Of a stretch of DNA of 64,000 nucleotides, positions 33,410 to 43,013 are shown one piece after another (within the stretch, counting starts at the first letter, position 1; the number at the start of each line of letters is the position of its first letter). The translations under genes and the position numbers were made by a program. The stretch is taken from NCBI GenBank assembly GCA_051546255.1, contig CP128822.1, positions 372,001 through 436,000 on the forward strand, read 5' to 3'. The notes beneath the pieces were generated by a model that saw nothing but the letters and a program-made list of their open reading frames with translations, was not told the origin of the DNA and made no database searches. This DNA comes from Meyerozyma guilliermondii (lineage: Eukaryota).

Positions 33410-34747
33410 TCACGACAATATGCATCTGTCTTTAAGACTGAGAGGGCTAACCAAGTCCGCCAACTCATCCACTTGACTGAGAGGATTTACCGATCCCGTC
33501 AACTCATCCTCTGGACTGTTAACCATTTCCGCCGATTCATCCTCCAGACCCTTTTGAGGGTGTTCTTCTCTCCACTTGAGAAAGTCGCTTGTGAGAGCAG
33601 CCTCAATTTCCAGTCGAGTTGTTTCACGTTCCCGAATTACAAGCTTCGAACCATTGACATGAAAGTGAAACGATTGAAGATTTCCATTGCGTTTCTTCAA
33701 AATAAAACCTTTGATGAACCGAACCAAAAAGATCAACCAGCGGTCCAAGAACCATTTGGGAAGTTTTAGGCGTCCAAGTGAATTTTTGACATTCCGTTCC
33801 ATAACGGCAATCAATTTGAGCCCATCTTTAATACCAACGACGAGTGTAGGTGTACCAGCCAAAAAACACTGGATGAGCGCAGAATGAAGGTTTCCCGAGT
33901 GACGTTTCTCGTATACCCTTGCTTTGATTTCAACGTATCGGTCCAAATGTTTAAATGGACTGCTAAGACCGAATCGTTCTTTCAGATACGGGTTCACGTT
34001 TCTTCTTTTCTGGGGTTTTACTGCATCAATTTCGCATGCTACCAATATGGAGTCGTTTAACAGTGATTCATGTCGTACTAAAGAGTAGTACTTTTCACTG
34101 TCGTTTTTGGTCCACTTAAAGCGAAATTTGTTATCAACCATTTCCTGTCTGACTGTCATCAACTCCTCGAAATTGAGTCCCGTCATTGCATGTGGATTGA
34201 AAAAACGATTCTTCTTGGAGTAACTCCTCTCGTCGTCTTCCAAGAAAAGTTGGTCATTAACGGCATATATCCATGCCAGAGCCTTGGTACCATTTATTCC
34301 TGACAACATGAGATCCACCAATGCTGAACGCGAAGCCACAATATCAGCTTGAACTTTCACGCCTTTCCTTTCTGATTTTGCAAGCGCAATATACTTTGTT
34401 CCTCTCCGTGCATCGTCCTCTCGCAGGTTCGGGCTATAAGAGTGATACCTCGCATGGTCTTTTCCAAGGACAAGTGGATATCTTCGCATACTCCAAGTAT
34501 TGCTCTGATAATCTTTCAGAAAAAGTCTTTCATCCATTTCCCAGGTCCGAGCCAAGGAGCGATCGAATTCGATTTCGAACGATGATGTTTTCGAACAATA
34601 GAGTGCTTCATATAATGACTCTTCCAGCCAGTCGCACTGGCGTAGCAAACGATAAAAACTGTCGGACCGAACATATTTCAAGTCTATTTCGTTGTGCTCA
34701 CAGCAGTGTGCTAAGAAAGCGTCTGCATTTTCCCATTGATCTGCCAT
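33410..34747 (-). CDS. Divergent Rai1/DXO-family protein, copy B (tandem paralogue)
   Basis: ADIVASRS, GLNFEE, ACEIDAV, YVEIKA and IQCFLAGTPTLVVGIKD motifs; colinear with copy A. Confidence 0.75.
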   Translation of the reverse strand: MADQWENADAFLAHCCEHNEIDLKYVRSDSFYRLLRQCDWLEESLYEALYCSKTSSFEIEFDRSLARTWEMDERLFLKDYQSNTWSMRRYPLVLGKDHARYHSYSPNLREDDARRGTKYIALAKSERKGVKVQADIVASRSALVDLMLSGINGTKALAWIYAVNDQLFLEDDERSYSKKNRFFNPHAMTGLNFEELMTVRQEMVDNKFRFKWTKNDSEKYYSLVRHESLLNDSILVACEIDAVKPQKRRNVNPYLKERFGLSSPFKHLDRYVEIKARVYEKRHSGNLHSALIQCFLAGTPTLVVGIKDGLKLIAVMERNVKNSLGRLKLPKWFLDRWLIFLVRFIKGFILKKRNGNLQSFHFHVNGSKLVIRERETTRLEIEAALTSDFLKWREEHPQKGLEDESAEMVNSPEDELTGSVNPLSQVDELADLVSPLSLKDRCILS

Positions 34748-35386
34748 TGAATGTTGAGAGGAGCGTTCAAGAAGATGCGATATTTGTCCTTCTCATCTCA
34801 TTGGCTCATGTTGTGGCATCTCCTTTTATGAACCTGGCTTGGTTCTGGTGTTCCCGTATATTAGCCGCGTTGCATTAAAGTTGCCTAAGTTTAGCCGGGC
34901 TGCATCAACTTTCAAGCACCTTTTACCGCTCGATTTAAAAAAATGGTACCGTTCTGGGACGTACTTCAAGAATAAGTATACCGACCACTATAGATATCTG
35001 AAGAACCGTAGCAGTATTAAAGCATTCAGCTTTCACTTTCGCGAACGTTCATAAAATATAAATTTAGCCAGCCTGAAGATGAGTACAAGTACAAACAACT
35101 CTAGTTCAGAAGATACTCTCTACTAACTGCCAGCTTTTTCCTACAGAGGTTTTTATTTTTTTTATTTTATAACTATGCTCTTTTTCCTAGTGTTTTAGTT
35201 TGTGTCCGTCACATCACGGTATCAACCTAGCACAAAGTCTGCAACTTATTAACCAACCCTTGGAAGAGCCAACCAAGGATAAGAATTCTTTTTTTTTCTT
35301 TTTTTCTTTTTTTCTTTTTTTTTTGTTTTATTTTATCATAATCCAGTCATAGCATCGTAACATGTCCTCGGTGCAAAGTTTTGCAC

Positions 35387-37207
35387 TTATTTGAAGAACC
35401 TGCCAATAGATGGCATCTTGGGAAAGTTGAGTTGAAAGTTCTTGGTGCGAGGAGGAAGGAAAGCAGGAGGAGAATCGGGAGTGGGAAGTGTAGTAGCAAC
35501 AGGTTTGGGAGAGACAACAACAGGAGTGGGAGGTGTAGCAACAGACAACGACAGTGTGAGCTGGGTATATGGAGATAATGACGCACGGTGCCTAGCAATC
35601 CTCTCGTGTACGTGGGCCCAAGGTACAGCAAGGGGATCGTAAGGCTCCATTTCAATCACAAGCTTCATAGGAAGGCACATTGCCGGTCCAGTGGTATCCT
35701 TCAGTTCAGAAGGCCCGCCGGTAACATCAGCAACACCAGCTTCAGCATCATCACCGTTGGTCTTGTCGTCACGGTCCTCGTCACTAGAGTTAGTAGCTCT
35801 CGATTCCGGAGTCACTTCGGCTTCCAGCAGCTCCGACAATTCACTCGCTTGCTTAGCTTCCTCAAGATCCTCATCCTTGATTGAGGTGTCCAAACTTTCC
35901 ACAACTTCCTGTGGTTCCAAATGCGTCAGTTCCGCCATGGGATAAGCATCGGGGTCGTCACATTGCATGAGCAACCATCTTCTCATCTCAATGTCGGAAT
36001 AGCTCACCTCATCTGAGGAGGCCTGGCTGTCATCGATTTGACTTCCGTGATTGAGAATTCCAATCTCGCTGATGGACAGTGCGATACCAGTCAGTTCTTC
36101 CAAGATCTGTACTTGTTCTTCGTTCGCATCGTTGTCTTCAGACTCGAAATCCTCGAGCAAGTCGGTGACACTAACGTAATGGCTGCAAATTTCATTTTCC
36201 GACGACACCGACAATTCCTCCTGATAAGCTATCAACTCGGTTGACTCTCTAATGGCAGGTCCCCAGTGAGTAGGTCCCACTTGCACCACAATCTCGCGAT
36301 TATCAACAATGTAGGTTTTATAATTGAGATCATCAAGAACCTCAACACCAGCATGACCAAAAGAAGGGTATTCGAAGTCGTCGTCAATCTGAAGGTTGCG
36401 ACGTGCAGCATCATAAGGGTTATGGAAGGAGATTTCCACGTTTGAAGAGCCAAACTTCTTGAGGAATGCCCTCAACTTATCCCTTTTTCCACCTTTCTTT
36501 CTGTGCACCAATCGGCGCAATTTGTGGAAATACCTCCGGATACCGAAAGACAGAGCCTTTTTGGCCACAACGACAATACTTGCCACAGAAGAACCTCGAG
36601 AAGTGTTGGGAGTAAAGCGTCCAGAGCGTTCTCCGCAACTCACCAGATTTTTAGCATGACAATGGTAGCTGTTGCTCGAAGACACAAGAGGACGAAGCGA
36701 GCTCAGGTCCCTTGCTTGGCGCAAATACCTTTCCTCATAGGAGTTGTCGCCATCAGTCATACGAAGACAAGTTTGCCATTCTTGCAAAAGATCAATGGGT
36801 GGAAGTAAACGTATAACTCGTCCTGTAGCAGCTTCTGTAGCAGACCTGGCTGGAACTTCGACAGAAACAAACTTGGTTTCAGGCGACACCAAAGTAGCAG
36901 CATTAAAAGTGGCGCTGCCGGTAGTGGCTGCGGCATTGAGAGTAGCGCTGTCGGCGGTAGCAGCATTCAAAGTTGCACTATCTGCGGTTGCTCTCTTGAG
37001 GGTTGCACTATCAGTGGTTGCAACTGCGTTGAGGGTCGCACCGTCAGTAGCGTCAGTGGGGCTTTTGGTTGAAATGTCTCCATCAGAGACCAGCTTCTTG
37101 GTAAGGGTCTTGTACTCAAAGTTTGGTACAAAGTGAGGAAACAGTTTGGTGAAATCGGGGTCAGAATCGACCACTGGATTAGATCCAGGGCGGCAATAAA
37201 GTTGCAT
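35387..37207 (-). CDS. Hypothetical protein of about 600 aa with a short Thr/Ala repeat, a basic central patch and an acidic C-terminal half
   Basis: Uninterrupted 1.8-kb ORF with no recognisable domain. First ATG is at 37207. Confidence 0.6.
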   Translation of the reverse strand: MQLYCRPGSNPVVDSDPDFTKLFPHFVPNFEYKTLTKKLVSDGDISTKSPTDATDGATLNAVATTDSATLKRATADSATLNAATADSATLNAAATTGSATFNAATLVSPETKFVSVEVPARSATEAATGRVIRLLPPIDLLQEWQTCLRMTDGDNSYEERYLRQARDLSSLRPLVSSSNSYHCHAKNLVSCGERSGRFTPNTSRGSSVASIVVVAKKALSFGIRRYFHKLRRLVHRKKGGKRDKLRAFLKKFGSSNVEISFHNPYDAARRNLQIDDDFEYPSFGHAGVEVLDDLNYKTYIVDNREIVVQVGPTHWGPAIRESTELIAYQEELSVSSENEICSHYVSVTDLLEDFESEDNDANEEQVQILEELTGIALSISEIGILNHGSQIDDSQASSDEVSYSDIEMRRWLLMQCDDPDAYPMAELTHLEPQEVVESLDTSIKDEDLEEAKQASELSELLEAEVTPESRATNSSDEDRDDKTNGDDAEAGVADVTGGPSELKDTTGPAMCLPMKLVIEMEPYDPLAVPWAHVHERIARHRASLSPYTQLTLSLSVATPPTPVVVSPKPVATTLPTPDSPPAFLPPRTKNFQLNFPKMPSIGRFFK

Positions 37208-37435
37208 TGCTTGATTGAGAACTCTTGATTTCGTTGTTTCAGACAAAGTTGTAGTAATAAATAACTTTCACAGACCTCAAGAATGTGATAACTCTGTATA
37301 ATGAGAACACCACAAATGGAACCTTAAGTACTATTGGGTTTGTGTTTTTACATGGTACAAACAGAACCCACTAGTACATGTTTCGCGAAGTTGAAAACGT
37401 CGCCATGATGCACCAAAAGCAAACTACTCGTGTAT

Positions 37436-38824
37436 TTATAAGCTCCAGAAATCAGTCAAATTACCACCAGCACCGTTGTAAGCCAAGATGTTAGGCGAGG
37501 CTTTGTCCAAATTGTTGAGAACACCTTTAGTACCATATTTGATAAGTTTCAGCTTCAACAGAGCAGGCGAGATGAGTGATTCTGAGAACTCAGAGTTGAT
37601 GTCGGGGTACAACGAGGCGAAATAAGAGAGCAATCCAACGACATGTGGAGTGGCCATCGACGTACCAGACATCAAAGTAGTTTCACTCCAGGTAAAAGTC
37701 GACAAGATGTCTTCTCCAGGTGCAAAAATATCGACACAAGAGCCCCAGTTGGAAAACGAGGCCCTATCGTCGGCATTGTTGGAAGCTCCCACACATACTG
37801 GTCCGGTGGCTCTTGCTGGAGACAGCGAACAAGCATCTTGGTTGTCATTTCCTGCAGCTACAGCAACATGCACACCAGCAGCAGTGGCAGCGTTCACAGC
37901 CAAGTCCAAAGCGGTCAGTTCTCCTCCACCAAGCGACAAGTTGATGGTGGCTCCCTTGTAGCCCTTCTTCTTAGCGGCCACCAGCTCCTTGTGAGCGTTG
38001 ACGACAAATTCGATACCTTTGATAATATCGGAAGTGACACCAGAACCCAAAGCATTCATAACCTTTACAGCAACTAAATCGACATTTTTAGCAATACCGT
38101 AGGTCTTAGAACCAATAGTACCGGCACAGTGTGTACCGTGACCATTATCGTCAAATTTGAAGTATGGGAACGGCAACACACTTCCCCATGAAGCTCTATT
38201 TTCAAACTCTTCATGGTCAACCTTGATACCAGTATCAATCACATAGGCAGTAACACCCTTTCCACCTTCGTTGTCGTAGTAGTAAGAGGTTGAGGGTTCG
38301 AGCTCGCGATGACTCACTCTTGCAAGACCCCAAGTAGCATCCTTTTGTACATCGAATTCAGTCAATTTGACCACAGTTTCCTGCTCCACAAATTTGACAA
38401 GAGGATGGTTTCTGACTTCTTGTACGCGACCCTCATCCAAAAACCCCGAATATCCCTTCAAACCCTCAACGTTAAAAGACACAATATCTCTGGTTAACCC
38501 ATAAGACTTGAGATACTCAGACTCAAGAGGGTCAACTTTAAAGTTGGCAGGAAGTGCTTCCAACCAGTTCAAATGCTCAGAGATGTCTTCTGTGCTAGCG
38601 TGGTCTTTCAAAACCACAATATAGCGGCCAGGAATTCCAGACAGTGATGGTTTCGCCATCAGCAATGGAGCCACAGTATCATCCCCAGCGAAAAAAGGAG
38701 CTTGTTCCTTCGAAGTTTCAAGTTCTGTTCTGAGGATCTGGGGGAAGCTGGAGAGCGCCTCCAAATTGGGTATAAGCAAAGCTTGAGTGCTGGCGGCCAA
38801 AAGCAAAAGTTTGGTGGCCAACAT
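37436..38824 (-). CDS. Subtilisin-like S8 serine protease, proteinase B (Prb1) family
   Basis: Signal peptide, I9 propeptide (IPGRYIVVLKD) and catalytic triad motifs YVIDTG / HGTHCAG / SGTSMATPH. Confidence 0.92.
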   Translation of the reverse strand: MLATKLLLLAASTQALLIPNLEALSSFPQILRTELETSKEQAPFFAGDDTVAPLLMAKPSLSGIPGRYIVVLKDHASTEDISEHLNWLEALPANFKVDPLESEYLKSYGLTRDIVSFNVEGLKGYSGFLDEGRVQEVRNHPLVKFVEQETVVKLTEFDVQKDATWGLARVSHRELEPSTSYYYDNEGGKGVTAYVIDTGIKVDHEEFENRASWGSVLPFPYFKFDDNGHGTHCAGTIGSKTYGIAKNVDLVAVKVMNALGSGVTSDIIKGIEFVVNAHKELVAAKKKGYKGATINLSLGGGELTALDLAVNAATAAGVHVAVAAGNDNQDACSLSPARATGPVCVGASNNADDRASFSNWGSCVDIFAPGEDILSTFTWSETTLMSGTSMATPHVVGLLSYFASLYPDINSEFSESLISPALLKLKLIKYGTKGVLNNLDKASPNILAYNGAGGNLTDFWSL

Positions 38825-39491
38825 GATAGAATGCGGAGAGCAGATTTTGGGGGCGCTTTATATAGCGCGGTGGAGTATGCAGGAACGGGTGAAGTCTTAT
38901 CGGTGCGAAGTCAGCAGCTGGTGTTTAATTTATTGTGGGGAGTTCTATTTAAAGATAGGGTTTATGCCCAGATGGTGGATAATATTGAGTTGAAATTTAG
39001 TTGAGTTGAAGCTTGTTTGATTGGACTGCAAATCGGGGCTACTACTATTTTTCGTGCTTCAATTTAATCACTTAGCTTAGAATTAAAGTGGATGCAGTTA
39101 CAATTTGTGGTCTAATGCCAGCCACCTTATATTACCTCTTCAACTTTCCTTAGAATTTCATTGAATCGTGTACGGCATATAACGGCTTTCTTATCGGTGG
39201 CAAGAGCGAGCTTACTGTTATGTGCCGTCCAGGCGCGTGACGGCAAAAAAACAAAAGATGCGGCTGTTTTACGTGACAAAAACTTTAAAAAAAAATGTAT
39301 CGTATTAAGCTAAATTGAATGCAATTGTAAAGCAAGAATGAAAAAATGATAACAAGGTCCAATAGGGCTTTTAAGGTGCCCTCACGAAAGAACGTCCAAA
39401 CGAAGAAATAGGGTATAAATATGCTGATTTGAGTTTTCAAGTATACTCAAAAAAGGCACAAAAAGGGTATCATAATTATCCTGATTCATGT

Positions 39492-42400
39492 TTAGAATAA
39501 CATGCCAAAGAAGAGCATAGTGGCAAACACGAAGGAGAATGGTGATGAAATTGAGGCAGCGCCTTCAGCTACAGTGACGGATTGAGCCGCAACAGTTGCC
39601 GAAGATGACGTTCCCAGACCGGCAGAAGCGGCAGGGGAGGTTACAGAACCTGCCACAGAACCTGAGCCGGGGGTGGATCCAGGAGTAGATCCAGATCCAG
39701 AGCCTGCTGGAGCTGCTGGTCCAGAGCCAGAACCAGAACCAGAGTTGGATCCTGATCCTGGGTTGAAACCAGAGTTAGAGCCAGATCCTGGGTTAGAACC
39801 AGATCCCGAGTTGGAACCAGATCCCGAGTTGGAACCAGATCCTGGGTTAGATCCTGAGTTAGATCCTGAGTTGGATCCAGTAGGCAAAGGACAGTAGGTG
39901 GTGTACACGTAGTGTGCCTTTGTCACGGTTGTCAAACCAGTGGTCACAGGAACAGCAGTACACTTGTTGTCCTTGCAGCTGGTGATTGTAACAACAGTGG
40001 TACTTATGTCCTCCACGGTATCGCAAGGAACAGTAGTTGTTATCGTTTCACCCTTAGAGGTCGTCACGATCACCTTACTTGTCTCGTGTCCTGTTCCAGT
40101 GGAAGCAGGGCAAACCGTGGTGTACTCGGTACACACATGGCAGACTGGACCCACGTCGGTGGTGTAAGTGGTCAAGTGTCCAGCGGAGTCAGTGGTAACG
40201 ATCACCTCACCAGTTTCAGTAGCAACAGAACCATCAGGCTTTGTGGTCACAAAGGTGGTTGGGAACTCGGTACACTTTGGACAGAGAGGACCCACGTCAG
40301 TGGTGTAAGTCGTCAAGTGTCCAGCAGAATCGGTAGTGACAATGACCTCACCAGTCTCAGTAGCAACAGAACCGTCTGGCTTTGTGGTGACGAAAGTGGT
40401 TGGGAAATCAGTGCATTGTGGGCACACTGGTCCAATGTCAGTGGTGTAAGTGGTCAAGTGTCCAGCGGAGTCAGTGGTAACGATCACCTCGCCAGTTTCA
40501 GTAGCAACAGAGCCATCTGGCTTTGTGGTGACGAAAGTAGTTGGGAAGTCAGTACACTGTGGACATATTGGGCCAATGTCGGTGGTGTATGTGGTCAACG
40601 AACCACCGGAGTTGGTGGTAACAATGTAGTTTCCTGTTTCAGTGGAAACGGAACCATCAGTGTTGGTGGTGACGAAAGTCGTTGGGATCAGAGTACACAA
40701 TGGGCAGATTGGTCCAATGTCAGTGGTGTAAGTGGTCAACAGACCAGCCGAGTCAGTGGTTACCACGTATTCTCCAGTTTCAGTAGAGACTGAACCATCG
40801 GTGTTAGTGGTCACAAAGGTAGTTGGTATCTCTGTACACAGTGGGCAGATTGGTCCAATGTCAGTGGTGTAAGTGGTCAACGAACCACCCGAGTTGGTGG
40901 TAACAATATAGTTACCTGTTTCGGTGGAGACTGAACCGTCGGTGTTGGTAGTCACGAAGGTAGTTGGGATCAGCGTACACAGTGGGCAGATTGGGCCAAT
41001 GTCAGTGGTGTAAGTGGTCAACGAACCACCCGAGTTGGTGGTAACAATATAATTACCTGTTTCGGTGGAGACTGAACCATCGGTGTTGGTGGTGACGAAG
41101 GTAGTTGGGATCAGGGTGCACAGTGGGCAGATTGGGCCAATGTCAGTGGTGTAAGTTGTCGACAGACCAGCGGGGTCGGTGGTTATAACATAGTTTCCGG
41201 TCTCAGTGGAAACGGAACCATCGGTGTTGGTGGTGACGAATGTCGTTGGGAACTCAGTGCAACCAACACATCCCGATGCTGCTGACGACGAAGCTGCTGA
41301 GGATGAAGGTGCAGAAGATGCGGCTGACGAAGCAGGAGCAGATGAAGACTCAGCAGCAGACGACGAAGCAGCAGCAGATGACGAAGCAGCAGCAGACGAC
41401 GATGGGGCAGCAGACGAAGCAGCAGCAGACGACGAAGCAGGAGCAGATGACGAAGCAGCAGCAGACGACGATGGAGCAGATGACGAAGCAGCAGCAGACG
41501 ACGAAGCAGGAGCAGATGACGAAGCAGCAGCAGACGACGATGGAGCAGATGACGAAGCAGCAGCAGACGACGAAGCAGGAGCAGATGACGAAGCAGCAGC
41601 AGACGACGATGGAGCAGATGACGAAGCAGCAGCAGACGACGAAGCAGGAGCAGATGACGAAGCAGCAGCAGACGACGAAGCAGGAGCAGATGACGAAGCA
41701 GCAGCAGACGACGAAGCAGGAGCAGATGACGAAGCAGCAGCAGACGACGAAGCAGGAGCAGACGAAGAAGCAGCAGATGATGAAGCAGCAGACGACGATA
41801 CAACAGATGATGATACATCGTCAATTCCAGGTGGCGTGGGCTGAGGAAGACATGGAGAACAAGCAGTTGGTTGAGTGGCTTGTGCTGGAGCTGGACCGTT
41901 GTATCTAATTCCTCCGTTAATGACAGTGGTAAGAACACCTCCGAAGTCCGTTGTAATCACCTCGAAATTAGACAGGCTGTATCCGAGACCGATATTGAAT
42001 CTTTGTGATAAAAGTAAATTGGACAACGTCAAGATACCGGTGGCTGCATTATAATTCCAGCTAGTGATTGGAAGACTGAGTCCCAAGATGTTACCATCTC
42101 CAAAGCCTGCAACTTTGAAGGTTTGTCTCAAGGACAATGCCTCGACTCTCATACTGGAGGAGGGTGAACTCAAATAAAACGTTTGGTTTGGATCAACTGA
42201 TAAAAGGGAGTTTTGAATCCAAACATTACTGTCAACACCGATGTTGAAACATCCACTACCTGAAATAGCGGTGGTTTGGTCGTAAACTTCATTGATCAAA
42301 CAGATAGTTCCAGCGTTTGTGATTGAACCAGCAGCGGCACCCAATGTCACAAATCCACTCGACAACACTCTCTGAGAGAAGACAATAAGACCATTATTTT

Positions 42401-42827
42401 GCCACGAAGCAGACGTAATGGACATAACTGGTGTGCCAACACTTCCATCTCCCGACAACCACATGTTACCATTATTGGTAAACAGCAATCCCACCAAGTT
42501 GTAATTTGGTGCCAAAAGTGATTTCGATGAATCGAAGGAAATATCACCATTATTTGTGATAGAGTTGAGAACTCCAAGTAATTCAACAGTCAACCCAATC
42601 AAGTTCGAGTTACTACTAATGAAAAGCTGACCATCAACTTGAAGACTACCCAAGAAGTTGGTGATAGCATTATTGATAATAGACCAGTATACACCTTGGT
42701 TCACTTCGGTGTTTCCAACAATGGCTGCAATCGTTCCTCGGGTTGTAGTGTCCTGAGAAATTGTAGCTGCAAACGCTGATGATACCAGCAAGGCAGCGGA
42801 CAATATCGCCCTCAAATGGAGTTGCAT
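39492..42827 (-). CDS. Hyr/Iff-family GPI-anchored cell-wall adhesin
   Basis: Signal peptide; Hyphal_reg_CWP-type N domain (GVYWSIINN, ITNNG, WQNNGLIVF, ITNAGTICL, FKVAGFGDGN); Ser/Ala stalk; Thr-rich repeats; flocculin type-3 motif TTVVTITSCKDNKC...TTYCPL; GSNS repeats; hydrophobic GPI signal. Confidence 0.92.
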   Translation of the reverse strand: MQLHLRAILSAALLVSSAFAATISQDTTTRGTIAAIVGNTEVNQGVYWSIINNAITNFLGSLQVDGQLFISSNSNLIGLTVELLGVLNSITNNGDISFDSSKSLLAPNYNLVGLLFTNNGNMWLSGDGSVGTPVMSITSASWQNNGLIVFSQRVLSSGFVTLGAAAGSITNAGTICLINEVYDQTTAISGSGCFNIGVDSNVWIQNSLLSVDPNQTFYLSSPSSSMRVEALSLRQTFKVAGFGDGNILGLSLPITSWNYNAATGILTLSNLLLSQRFNIGLGYSLSNFEVITTDFGGVLTTVINGGIRYNGPAPAQATQPTACSPCLPQPTPPGIDDVSSSVVSSSAASSSAASSSAPASSSAAASSSAPASSSAAASSSAPASSSAAASSSAPASSSAAASSSAPSSSAAASSSAPASSSAAASSSAPSSSAAASSSAPASSSAAASSSAPSSSAAASSSAPASSSAAASSAAPSSSAAASSSAAASSSAAESSSAPASSAASSAPSSSAASSSAASGCVGCTEFPTTFVTTNTDGSVSTETGNYVITTDPAGLSTTYTTDIGPICPLCTLIPTTFVTTNTDGSVSTETGNYIVTTNSGGSLTTYTTDIGPICPLCTLIPTTFVTTNTDGSVSTETGNYIVTTNSGGSLTTYTTDIGPICPLCTEIPTTFVTTNTDGSVSTETGEYVVTTDSAGLLTTYTTDIGPICPLCTLIPTTFVTTNTDGSVSTETGNYIVTTNSGGSLTTYTTDIGPICPQCTDFPTTFVTTKPDGSVATETGEVIVTTDSAGHLTTYTTDIGPVCPQCTDFPTTFVTTKPDGSVATETGEVIVTTDSAGHLTTYTTDVGPLCPKCTEFPTTFVTTKPDGSVATETGEVIVTTDSAGHLTTYTTDVGPVCHVCTEYTTVCPASTGTGHETSKVIVTTSKGETITTTVPCDTVEDISTTVVTITSCKDNKCTAVPVTTGLTTVTKAHYVYTTYCPLPTGSNSGSNSGSNPGSGSNSGSGSNSGSGSNPGSGSNSGFNPGSGSNSGSGSGSGPAAPAGSGSGSTPGSTPGSGSVAGSVTSPAASAGLGTSSSATVAAQSVTVAEGAASISSPFSFVFATMLFFGMLF
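39680..39880 (-). repeat. GSGSNS / GSNP repeats before the GPI signal of the adhesin
   Basis: 12- and 18-bp units; translation GSNSGSNSGSNPGSGSNSGSGSNSGSGSNPG. Confidence 0.85.
40134..41261 (-). repeat. Eight intragenic 141-bp (47-aa) tandem repeats in the adhesin
   Basis: Unit CT(E/D/x)(F/I)PTTFVTT(NT/KP)DGSV(S/A)TETG...TTYTTD(I/V)GPxCP; 8 x 141 bp fits the boundaries exactly. Confidence 0.92.
41280..41800 (-). repeat. Ser/Ala low-complexity tandem array (SSSAAASSSAP(A))n in the adhesin stalk
   Basis: Near-perfect 33/36-bp units (gacgaagcagcagcagacgacgaagcaggagcagat on the + strand). Confidence 0.92.
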
Positions 42828-43013
42828 GTCAAAAGATGGATGTAATTACTGGTTTGACATGAAGGCGTCCTTAATATTTATAGGTTGGAGCTTTCAAGGC
42901 GGATCCATGATTTCAAGTCAGTAATTAGATACGCTGCAGCTAGGCTCCCAAGAAAGAAGTCCCATTTCGTAAAGAACAATGCCTTTTCGGGTTCTAATGC
43001 AACAGCTCTCGTA

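Noticed and set aside
41183..41938. Long repetitive ORFs (DDEAAA, QQQTTK, LLLLRR) in other frames
   Set aside because: They are shadow frames of the stop-free Ser/Ala repeat of the adhesin.
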